Assembly (NCBI RefSeq): GCF_964204645.1
Contig: NC_134027.1
Location: 6,976,485 to 7,040,484 of the forward strand
Source of the DNA: Tubulanus polymorphus
Lineage: Eukaryota; Animalia; Nemertea
Direction: 5' to 3'
Length of the DNA: 64,000 nucleotides
Made by a program: the position numbers and the translations under genes. Within the stretch, counting starts at the first letter, position 1. Every line of letters begins with the position of its first letter. Shown piece after piece: positions 39,401 to 50,916 of this stretch. The notes beneath the pieces are model-generated. The model saw only the letters and a program-made list of their open reading frames with translations, had not been told where the DNA came from and did no database searches.

Positions 39401-42400
39401 TACATAAGCCATCCTGTTAATGGTAATATCGTATTGCATTGTATTGTATTGAAGAACCTCTCACTCAGTCTTGAAATAGTCTGACAGAACATCCACTCTG
39501 TTAAAGTAATGGTTTTATTCATCCAAAATAATGATTGCTGATAAGATCGTTTCGGCTTGAGTCTTTTTAGGGGGAAGAAATCAGACAAATAATTGCATAA
39601 AGCCCGATAAATTCGACCACTCCATCTAATCTTATATATTCGATTTTAATTCAGATTTATTCAGAATATTCCCACGTTGATTTGACGTCTGCTCTGCCAG
39701 TATTCCTATTCTTCTTATTCGACAATTTGAGAATCAAATCAGCGCTGATTCATTCCGAGAACGGGCTCAAGGCGAACACAAAGAATTTCATTCCTCACGG
39801 GTACTGCGCCGACTACGCCGCCATTACCCAATTTTTGCTCTAGTCTTGAATAAATTTCTACAAAGCGGAGATTGCACGACGTTACGAGTTGCATAAATTC
39901 CCGTCTTAAAATATACGAGTGTGTAATTTACCCAATTTGATTCAGATATTCATGAACGGTGGTGTCTGATGCTTATAAGTTGGACGTACTGTATGAACGG
40001 GTTCAAGCTCGCCTACTCGGTGGCCAACGTAACGAAAAACGCATAAGATCTTCTGATTTTAGTATCAATTAACGACACACTGTTTGAATAATTTCAAGTG
40101 AATGTCATTGGTTTGTTATTTCATTTGATTTCTGCCACATGTGTTTCACTTTACTATTGATGTACGTACGTACGTATAAATTGTCGGCATATGGAACGAC
40201 GTGTCATTTAAAACCGGTGTCTAAACGGTGCTCTATTTCGACTTAAATATCAATATATTTCTAATATACCAGATGCGTGTTATAAATTCAAAAGCTTCAA
40301 AATATTGTATGGTTTGAATTTCGAAAATATCTTACGCGGGCGGCGAGAGAGAGAAAAATGTAGCACCGTCGACAGGCTGAACTACGTGATTTAGTTTTCT
40401 TGCCCCGTTACTAACGCGCGTCGCGGAAACACTAGACCACGAGAACACTCAACGAGCAGAACTTCTGAAATCCCGAGATGAACGGCAGACGATGAATTTA
40501 ATGGACGTTTAGCGAATTTATGGCACTTAAACCGTTCTTACGTTTCCGTATGTGTTTCACGCGCGCCGTTCAACAAAATAATCCGCAATTTATGTCAGAA
40601 TCGCAATAATACGACGAAGAATATCGCGCCGTCGTCGAAAATTATTTACACAGTGATATTCATTCATCGAGTGACTCTTAAAGATTTCCGTGCCTTAACA
40701 TTTTTACCGTATTACCTAGAATTATCAAACCGATAATTTCGTCCAACTCTATGCCCGGTACAAGCACCAGTATATCATTATTTATTCTGGTTCGGTTCGC
40801 TTGATTTTAATAACAGTATACATTTTCGAAAATGCATTTTATATTCTGTCTCGTAAAAAGCACTCGTAACGCCAATTTAGAATATTGTTTTGTAGAAAAA
40901 CACTTAACTCGGTTATGTGGTAGGTGCGTGCGCCAGTTTAAATACGTTAAATTGAGTCAAGCGAAAGCAGCCATTAATACCACCGACTGTTTAATAAATG
41001 GGTCTTACATAAATCCGACGAAAAATTACCCATTATCTACCGCATGGAAAGTTGAAATTAGCAAATGGTTTTTGGAAAAAATTTGATTTAGGCTTACAGG
41101 TCTACCGTCAAATACTGGGACGTATTGGATAGAGCAAGCATATCGGATTCACGAACGAACATCTTAGGTTTCGGCAACCCGAGACCAGAGTCGTTAATGC
41201 ATTTGACAGCTGTATTCATAGCATGTATCTTCGAATAACTGCCGCTAAAGCTCGGGGAGATTTTCGATAATTCTAGTATTCACAATACCATCTATATATT
41301 TGCATATTAAAATATACGTTCCACATACGTTATGCACACGAAACTGTACTTATTTATGTATTATGTAATATAAAGGAAGTGAAAAGATTATAGACAAGTA
41401 ACGACAACATATAAATAGTGTGACCATTTAATCCTTATAACATTATTGGTATCATTAACTTTGATCTTAAACAGTTTCAGAAACGATGAGAATCTTTAAG
41501 ACTTGATGACTGAACGCCTTCATGGCGACCGGTGAACTTTTCGCTACAAAATACGAACAGCATACAGTAATCTATTATCAAATTAGATATACATAGCTTG
41601 GCTTATCAAGTAATGCGTTTGGTATGGACGAATATGTATGGAATACAAATGACTGGTATATGAATTGGTAACAGCATCGAGTTACTTTACCGTGTAATGG
41701 CCACCCTGGGTATACAACCATGGTTACAGAATATATATGCACCCCCTGATTTGCGTCATAACGATTCAGAAGTTGACATCGGTGTTGAGTTAACATTAAT
41801 ACAAATTCTTGGGAATCATTTTGGGATCAAATTCATATTCATATTTTACGTATTCTAATATGTAAATATTTTCGTTCCAGGATTCAGAACAAGAGTTGCA
41901 TCGAGTAAAACGCAGTGAGCTTGAAGATGCACAGAAAGTATTGCAACGTGTGAAGCGCGAAGCCATCTTACAGCGCGTTAAACGTCAGCAATTTGACGAC
42001 GTTCTCAACGCCGCTCAGGACATGGAGCTGCAAAGAGTAAAACGAAGCCGCCGAGATCTCGCAGAAGAAGACGTGTTGGAACGAGTTAAACGATCGAAAC
42101 GCCACGCCAGTAAATTTGAGCAGGCAAGTAAACGCCACCATGATCTTCGAAAAAGAAAAGATTTTGTAGATCACCACCACGATGGTTCCTTCGATCATAA
42201 AGTACACACCCATAGCAAACGATATGACGTCATTAACCATGCTGTTGGCCCGGTCACGTTTGACGAATACAAAAGGCTTTCAGAAAATATCGATGAAAAG
42301 AGACACGGAACACATGAGGATGAAAAGAGACACGGAACTCATGAAGACGAAAAGAGACACGGGACTCATGAAGACGAAAAGAGACACGGGACTCATGAAG

Positions 42401-44712
42401 ATGAAAAGAGACATGGAACTCATGAAGACGAAAAGAGACACGGAACTCATGAAGACGAAAAGAGACACGGGACTCATGAAGATGAAAAGAGACACGGAAC
42501 TCATGAGGATGAAAAGAAACACGGAACTCATGAAGACGAAAAGAGACACGGAAAACATGAGGATGCAAAGAGACACGGACCTCATGAGGATGAAAAGAGA
42601 CACGGAACTCATGAAGACGAAAAGAGACACGGAAAACATGAGGACGAAAAGAGACACGAAACTCATGAGGATGAGAAAAGACACGGAACTCATGAGGATG
42701 AAAAGAGACACGGGACTCATGAGGATGAGAAGAGACACGGAACTCGTGAAGATGAAAAGAGACACGGAAAACATGAGGATGAAAAGAGACATGGAACTCA
42801 TAAAGATGAAAAGAAACACGGAAAACATGAGGATGAAAAGAGACACGGAACTCATGAAGATGAAAAGAGACATGGAAAACATGAGGATGAAAAGAGACAC
42901 GGAACTCATGAGGATGAAAAGAGACACGGGACTCATGAGGATGAAAAGAGACACGGAACTCATGAAGATGAAAAGAGACACGGAACTCATGAAGACGAAA
43001 AGAGACACGGAAAACATGAGGATGAAAAGAGACACGGAAAACATGAGGATGAAAAGAGACACGGGACTCATGAGGATGAAAAGAGACACGGAACTCATGA
43101 AGATGAAAAGAGACATGGAAAACATGAGGACGAAAAGAGACACGAAACTCATGAGGATGAGAAAAGACACGGAACTCATGAGGATGAAAAGAGACACGGG
43201 ACTCATGAGGATGAGAAGAGACACGGAACTCGTGAAGATGAAAAGAGACACGGAAAACATGAGGATGAAAAGAGACATGGAACTCATAAAGATGAAAAGA
43301 AACACGGAAAACATGAGGATGAAAAGAGACACGGAACTCATGAAGATGAAAAGAGACATGGAAAACATGAGGATGAAAAGAGACACGGAACTCATGAGGA
43401 TGAAAAGAGACACGGGACTCATGAGGATGAAAAGAGACACGGAACTCATGAAGATGAAAAGAGACACGGAACTCATGAAGACGAAAAGAGACACGGAAAA
43501 CATGAGGATGAAAAGAGACACGGAAAACATGAGGATGAAAAGAGACACGGGACTCATGAGGATGAAAAGAGACACGGAACTCATGAAGATGAAAAGAGAC
43601 ATGGAAAACATGAGGATGAAAAGAGACACGGAAAACATGAGGATGAAAAGAGACACGGAACTCATGAAGATGAAAAGAGACACGGAAAACATGAGGATGA
43701 AAAGAGACACGGAAAACATGAGGATGAAAAGAGACACGGGACTCATGAGGATGAAAAGAGACACGGAACTCATGAAGATGAAAAGAGACATGGAAAACAT
43801 GAGGATGAAAAGAGACACGGGACTCATGAGGATGAAAAGAGACACGGAACTCATGAAGACGAAAAGAGACACGGAACTCATGAAGATGAAAAGAGACATG
43901 GAAAACATGAAGATGAAAAGAGACACGGAAAACATGAAGACGAAAAGAGACACGGAACTCATGAGGATGAGAAAAGACACGGAACTCATGAGGATGAAAA
44001 GAGACACGGGACTCATGAGGATGAGAAGAGACACGGAACTCATGAAGATGAAAAGAGACACGGAACTCATGAGGATGAAAAGAGACACGGGACTCATGAG
44101 GATGAAAAGAGACACGGAACTCATGAGGATGAAAAGAGACACGGAACACACGAAATGAAGAGATTTGATAAGAAACATGGTAAATACGAAGAAAATAAGA
44201 GGCACCAGGAAGCTGTAAAGCGACATCACTTGGCAGATAAAAGGCATGATAAGACTGATAAAAGACACCACGAATTTGACAAAAGACATGGACTACATGA
44301 GGACGACAAGAAGCGCTACGGAGATGCAAAACGTGCTTATGAAGAGATGGTCAGAAAGCGTCACCATGAAGCATTGAAGAGACACCACGATAAAAGCCTT
44401 GAAGTTCATGGTAAAGGTAGGAAAGACCACGATGATGTGAAGAGATATGAAATGTATCCGGATGCTGAGCTGATTGAACGACGATTCGATAAATCTCCAA
44501 AGAGACACAGCACGAGTAAGAGAAAGGAAGAGATTTTCCAGAAGCGCCATCATGGAGAAAGTGACGTTTTACGGAATCTGCATGAAATAAGCGAGAGGGC
44601 AATTCGCGCGCACGCTGGTCAAAGACCATCCGCTCTTTTCCCTCTGCAAAAAATACACCCTTCAGAGCACAGGGAAAAACGGGCGTTCAGATATAGACGA
44701 CGTTACTTGTGA
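33496..44712 (+). CDS. Secreted His-rich multi-copy peptide precursor (~970 aa) with 68 x H-G-[T/K]-H-E-D-E-K-R
   Basis: Exon 1 33496-33576 encodes the signal peptide MRSYFASILGILVIAVIFSQALG-HALK and ends AAG|GTAAGT (phase 0). Exon 2 starts after ttttcgttccag at 41881, in frame with the long ORF, which begins without an ATG. Repeat variation is mostly synonymous in this frame. Extra internal exons are not excluded. Confidence 0.85.
42304..44157 (+). repeat. Coding 27-bp minisatellite, 68 full units plus one partial, with an 18-unit higher-order duplication
   Basis: Consensus cacggaactcatgaggatgaaaagaga; (44140-42304)/27 = 68. The marker unit cacgaaact (HET) occurs at 42655 and 43141, 486 bp apart. 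Confidence 0.97.
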
Positions 44713-46663
44713 ATTCATTTCCCGTGATAACATTACAGCACGACGATCATAGGAACATAAAAGGGAACACGGTTTTTCAACATATTTTAGAATTATTTCA
44801 CAATTTTCACATTCCATGATTTTTCCTTATACTCATCGATTTGTATATGAGAGGTTCTCTGTGAACTGAACTTCGATGTTTGTCCTTGAGTGGTTACGAA
44901 TTGATTGGAATGTATAAGACAATACGATAATCGAGTCGAAATTGCGATTTCTGAAAAATGATATGCTCTGTGGAGGATCGTGGAAAAAGATTACTCAAAT
45001 AGCAATATCGGAGAGAAATACATATATAGTGAGACAAGGTAGTTTGGACGCTCAAAGGTAGAAACGCTAGGATGGAGAAATGTGTACTCATTGCTAAGCT
45101 ACCGACACTCACAACTCTGTGAGATTTTCACATACGTATGAACGATTAAAAAACAACGCGCGAATACTTATGGATTTTTCACGAACTTTCCATTTTTCAT
45201 AGTCCATGCTAAGCTTATGATATATTAATATACATCACAAGCATTGAATTTACATATTTAACCTTATACATTGAATTGATATATTTTACAACTTAGTTTT
45301 TTCCATATATCCCACCGTATATTGCGTGTTATTTGTTGTAAGTGTTGCGAGTTGTCTTTTGTTTTCTACGAGTTATTTTTGATATTTATTGAAATTGAGA
45401 TTCATGAGTAAATTTACATTTTATTCATCTCTGCATATGTTTATTTATGCTTGATTTTTGAAATGTTTGATTTTGCACGAACATTTTCCTTACCTTTTTG
45501 TTTTATTTTTATTTTCAGAATTATATGTAAGAGACTGGTACTCCTGGCCTGGTCTCTCTTCCTCTCTTATGTAGCTGTTTGTTTTATGTGTTTTGTTCGT
45601 GACGTCTCGCCATGAAGTGATTAAACGTTTTTTTTCCTTGTGAAGCACGCTCGAGCTGCAATAGCGACGCCCCATACCCGTCGTACGTACGCGTCTGGTC
45701 TTTGACAACTATGGAGAACATATCTATCAATTATGTATTTTGCAACGCACATTTCCGGCTCATTTTATTGTATTATCTCTCCTGCAAATGTATCATTCGT
45801 ACCTGAATAATATATAGATCCAATATCGGCTTTGGAACCATGGTAACACCGATATTCAATTATAACAACTTAAAAGTAATTTGTAATTTAAAATTTAAGA
45901 ATCTAATTACTTAGTTACGTGGATTTTGTATGAATGAATATTCTTCGCCGCGACCTATTCTGTTTGCGGGTTTGCAGCTCGGAAAAGGAAATCTATGTTT
46001 ATTTGTTAAAATTCGTCATTTTCTATTTCGAAACGCCTACGTTTGTTATGTATTGAAAACCAGCTTTCGATTGTAAACTCCACTTGATAACTCTGCTTGA
46101 TAACAAAATTAGAAATAGAATGAAGAATTTTGTTTTATGAATATGGCTGTACACCTGAAATTTCTATCAAGTGTCCTTTCTTACGAATTTATTAATGGGA
46201 AGATAAGATATTTGTATTTATGTGATTAAGCAGATGCATCTTACATAAACGATAATGTTTGATCGGATATATGTATGCGGATCGTTTAAACATGTTTGGC
46301 CGTCAGTCAATTCAACATTATTTTCATTTACCAAGCTTTTTTATCATTGATTGATCTTTAGTTATTAACACATTTTCCGGGAGTAAATTCGTAAATTCTG
46401 CGATGTCCGTTCTAATCTCTCGCATAGGTGATAATGTAATTGTAAATAGTTATCTGTTTATCTCTGAAATGTTAATTACTTATTACTATCAAATAAACAG
46501 TTTTTCTAACATTGTCTGTTCACATTTTGAGTTATGTTAGTTATGTATAGATCATGCCTATTTCGAGGCTCTGAACTGCTACTGTTGATGTACCGAATAA
46601 ACGGGTTTTCTGAATCGTAGCTTGGCTCGACAAAAATCATTTACATTTAACAAAAGTTTTCCC

Positions 46664-47250
46664 GTAAATGAATAAATGTTGAGATGATAACTCCGATGAT
46701 AGCATAAAATCTGATAAATACTGTACTTATCGTAAGTTAATAAATGTTAAGATAATAACTCCAGATGAAATGGGGAAAATCTTTATACTAATCGTAAATG
46801 GTTTTGTGTTAAGATAATAACTCGACGTAAAATTAAATGTTTATTTTTCATAAATGATGTCCCAGTACGTCAGCGGATCTCGATGGGAAATCAAATTTTG
46901 CATTATTTTTATTTTTCTCATGGGTGTCCCTAGGACACTGCTGGGACATTATCTAGAAAAAAAATAAAAATTAGATTTTGTATCGAGCTATTTCAGCTCA
47001 ACATGAAATCATTTACGATTAATCGGTTTTCCCGATTTTTTTCTCCGCATAAAATCGAATTTTGAAGTGAAGAAGAAGATTTCTGCTTTCAAGTCGAGAT
47101 AATAACTCGACATAAAATGAATTCGGCGAAACATTTCATTGATCTTAGATGAATTTGTGTCTAGTTAATAACTGTAACGTAAAATCGGGAAAAGTTTTTA
47201 TCTATCATAAATGAATCAATGTCGAGAGAGTAACACGACATAAAATCACA
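46664..47250. repeat. Diverged ~62-68-bp repeat array (core AGATAATAACTC) interrupted by an inverted-repeat block
   Basis: Cores near 46681, 46749, 46811, 47096, 47162 and 47224. Inverted arms ...ttatttttcataaatgatgtcccag (~46840-46865) and ctgggacattatctagaaaaaaaataa (~46941-46967). Confidence 0.6.
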
Positions 47251-47502
47251 TTTAGTTTTTCCTGACTGATGACTCGAGGATGCTCGTACCTATTATGATT
47301 CATTCGATCGAAAAATCCCCAATCAGAATATTCGACGTAAAAAATTCGTAACCGATCATATACTTAGACTATATTCGACGCGAAAATATAAGGCCGTCGA
47401 AATACCTTGTTGTAGATTGGCGATAAAACGGTGAAATTTCAAATGAAAACGACTTCTAGAGAACAGTAATTATTTCAATTAGGTGCACTGTTACATCATT
47501 TA

Positions 47503-47952
47503 CTATTCCACGTAACCGGATCCTTCGTTTTCTCGGCAGATACCTTCGCCTCGTTGGAAGAAGTTGTCTCTCTTCTCGCAATAGAAACCATCTGCGCATG
47601 GACATACTCCAAAGAAGGTACCCTTCGAGGCGCAAGCTTCACCCTCGACACCTTTGTCAAAACATTTTTTCACCCAACCAACAACATATTTACCACAACA
47701 TTCATTCGATTCGCAATCATTGTCGTCTTTACAGAACCATGCCGATACCTTTAAAGACAATCATAGCACATGCTATTCGAACCATCCATACGATTTTTCA
47801 TTCATCTTAAAAGTTCATTCAAATAGCAACTCGTATTTACGTTTAGACAATATGTTTTATACTAGTCGCAATTTATGATCATTATTTGTTTTGTGTCTAC
47901 TTACTGAAAGGCATAAGACGGAGAGTATTGCGACGGATATAAACCACTTCAT
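47503..47952 (-). CDS. Secreted 10-Cys prokineticin/MIT-toxin/colipase-fold peptide, paralog 1
   Basis: Exon 1 47952-47905 MKWFISVAILSVLCLS|GTAAGT. Exon 2 47748-47503 VSA-WFCKDDNDCESNECC...KC...GVEGEAC...CPCADGFYC...GICRENEGSGYVE. Confidence 0.88.
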
Positions 47953-48376
47953 TATTGATGCTTACTGTGACTGTTTGTCTGGGAAAAAGTTCGCAGCAGC
48001 TTATCGTTTCGTGGCGTTTTATATGATAAATATATATGCCGTCATAACGATAACTTTAAAAAAATATCGACACTATATGTACCATTGTCAAACTGTGTGG
48101 GAACTAAAACACACTTGCCCATGAACAAATAACGCGTCATATTTATCATTTTGAATAATTGCCATTGATAACATACGGGGAAAATGATATACGTAGATTA
48201 CCATTCGCCCATCAGAAAGGACCTTTCACTCCACACGTGAACCAAAATGGCGAGCATCGCTCCACTTGGATCAGTTCGATGGTTTCGACTTCAACTCAAC
48301 AATGACCCATCGCGAAAAGCATACAAAAAGATATTATCATTAGGGTTTTCGAAATACTTTCAGATTTTATTTCATT

Positions 48377-49021
48377 CTAAAGGTTATATTCCGTAAAGTC
48401 CATATATCCCGAACCGGATTCTTCTGGTTGGCATTTTCCTTCGCCTTTTTGAAGTGGCTTCTTTTTGGCGTATTTTTCACAAACGAAGCCGTCCGCACAG
48501 GGACAGATACCACGAAATCCACCTCTAGACGAGCAAATCTCGCCCTCGACGCCGCGATCTATACATTTCTTAATCCATCCTGTCAGACCGACTCGTGTGC
48601 AACATTGGGTTTCTTTACAGTCGTTGTTAGATTTGCAGAACCACGCCGACACCTGAATTACATAACGTATATATATGGGCTTAAAAGGCACGATTAAGCC
48701 CAACGCACCACGACGCAGGGAAACACGGAAACTCTGTTTCCAAAACCGGGATTTTCGTTTCTCGTAAACGCACACAACACGGGAAAATCTCCGAAACATG
48801 TTTCTGTCACCTATTTCGTGTTTCCCTGCGTCGTCTGCGTTAGGCATTAGGTTTACTTTATGAATAAAATACGAATTTATCAATTACGAAAATTGCTGGG
48901 CGCATCCAATATGCGCGAAATTATGAAATAGTTGAAAAAACTGTCCAAAAGACATCATACGTAATTCGCAACTTACCGAAGCACACATAACAAAACACAG
49001 AAGAAGAGAAAGACGATTCAT
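48377..49021 (-). CDS. Secreted 10-Cys prokineticin/MIT-toxin/colipase-fold peptide, paralog 2
   Basis: Exon 1 49021-48977 (ccaccATG) MNRLSLLLCFVMCAS|GTAAGT. Exon 2 48652-48377 VSA-WFCKSNNDCKETQCC...CPCADGFVC...GKCQPEESGSGYMDFTEYNL. Confidence 0.88.
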
Positions 49022-49062
49022 GGTGGAAGGTAAAAGTAACGAGCGACCCTGTTGGGAGTTAA

Positions 49063-49068
49063 TTTATA
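49063..49068 (-). promoter_or_regulatory. Candidate TATA box of cysteine-rich paralog 2
   Basis: TATAAA on the minus strand ~42 bp upstream of the ATG at 49021. Confidence 0.45.
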
Positions 49069-49702
49069 CATGGCTCCATCCGAGAAAATGGACATATGTC
49101 CATTTCACTATCTCGCATTCCTTTTAATCAATTACTTGGGTTGATTTATCAAATACTCTAAAATACTGTTTGTAATTCATATAGGCTATTCATATATATG
49201 TAATATGATGTAATCTCACATCCTGTGCACGAGAGGTTCAAAAAGAGAAGAACTTTCCCCTGGCTTATAAAGCGAAACCGAGTGATGCATGTTCAAACTG
49301 AATACAGGAATTCTGACATTGAGTCATACGATTGACATTGAGGCAGTGAGTGGACGTTTGTTAACGACTCGGAGTGGTTTTTTTCAAACAAAAAATTGTA
49401 TTGCACAGTAGCCGTTTTTGAAACCCTTTTCAATCGAATATTCATTGAGTAATTCTCGGTCGTTAGCTGAAACTAACATTATACGTTATGACGAAACCAA
49501 CAGGTGCTTTGACAGTTGTTAGTAACCCTCTCAACAGTTGAAGTAGTTTATAGTGATACAGCATACTTCATACTCACTCGGCTATTGTATCTGATAAGCT
49601 GGGGGTAAGCGTGATAGTATCTGCTAAAATCAATCTAGGATTGATCTCCAAATTCAAAGGAATAAGAATGGAAATATTTGCCGGGGATGTTGCTATCTAA
49701 AA

Positions 49703-50419
49703 ATGGATTTCCTACGCATTAATCTATTTTGTTTCGTCTTTTTATGTTTGTGTGAAAGTTCGTCTTCATTCAGCGATAAAACTGCCTGCAAACTAAAGGG
49801 TCGATGGCGTTTGGATTGTTCGAACCAACACTTGACTGTCCTTCGAGTCCCGGATAAACTATTGCTGACGGAAATACGTTATTTAGATCTCAGTTACAAC
49901 CATTTGAATTCCATCGATGTCGACCAGATTTTAAAACTTTTCCCGGCGCTTCGAACCCTCGATGTAAGAGGAAACCACGACCTTTGCGAAGCAAATTTGA
50001 ACATATCTAACGAAAAGCGATTTGACTGGATTCACAGTTGTAGTAGATCTTCGGGGGAAGTTAGAGGTGCGTTAACAACGCGTAAAACAATGCAGGCAGA
50101 AATTGAGATAAAAGCTAGTATCAGCAAAAACGATCAAAAACAATACCGCGAGATAGTGCTCCCAAGAAACGGTAAGATAATTTCTAATTCACTGTAAAAA
50201 CATGATTTAAACGAATTGTCATTACAATTTTTTGTGTATAATTCTATTACAGAACAATTGACGAATGTTCTGATAGGAACATTGGCTTGTATAGTGGGAT
50301 TGATTGGAGTGGTAGCTGCGGCGTTGATCTGGTTGTGGTGGCGAACTCGCACCCCGCAATACGTAGCGCCTCGTGTTGTATTTGCTATCCGCAGTAACCA
50401 CGTCAACGTTAAAGTGTAA
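49703..50419 (+). CDS. Small type-I membrane LRR protein (signal, LRRNT, ~2 LRRs, TM)
   Basis: Signal MDFLRINLFCFVFLCLCESSS; LDCSNQHLT; IRYLDLSYNHL; LRTLDVRGN. Exon 1 ends at 50171 (G|GTAAG); exon 2 from 50253 gives the TM LIGTLACIVGLIGVVAAALIWLWWR. The C-terminus is uncertain. Confidence 0.75.
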
Positions 50420-50916
50420 AAGCGCCTCGACTAACAAGAAAGAATGGATGTTAATCTTTCATCTATTCATTCGGAAAACCACAGACGAAACAACGGAATC
50501 AGTATTGAAATGATTACAATGACAAGCCACCGGGGCTTTTTTATTAGATCTAATGCAAACGATATAAGATATTCTTTAGTTGGCATTCTACTGGACCAGC
50601 CAGAAAAATAATATAAATCTAAATACAAGTTTTCCTAGTCTACAGTCTACATTATTCTGTGTATGCTACATTCATTGATACTAATTTTTTTCCATATATC
50701 AATCACATAATTTATTGGTAATGAAAAGTGATTCCTCATATTCTATCGTACACCATTAAATTGAATTGCAGTATTTTTGTTTTTAGTCTTTTAGTTTTAT
50801 AATATGTGAAAGCCATCGTATTCAACAAGAATATGAATTCTCATTCAAAGTAAAAGTTCCTGCGGATTCTTTTTCGCAATACTGCACTATTTAATGTACT
50901 ACACCACTACAGACAC

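Noticed and set aside
42304-44157. CRISPR-like periodicity
   Set aside because: Contiguous coding units with no unique spacers, no cas genes and a eukaryotic context.
42182-44329. Three further long ORFs over the repeat (MKRDTELMR on +; FHPHEFRVS and SLFILMSSV on -)
   Set aside because: They are by-products of a 27-bp unit lacking stops in those frames. They end near the array edges, and variation is largely synonymous only in the HGTHEDEKR frame.
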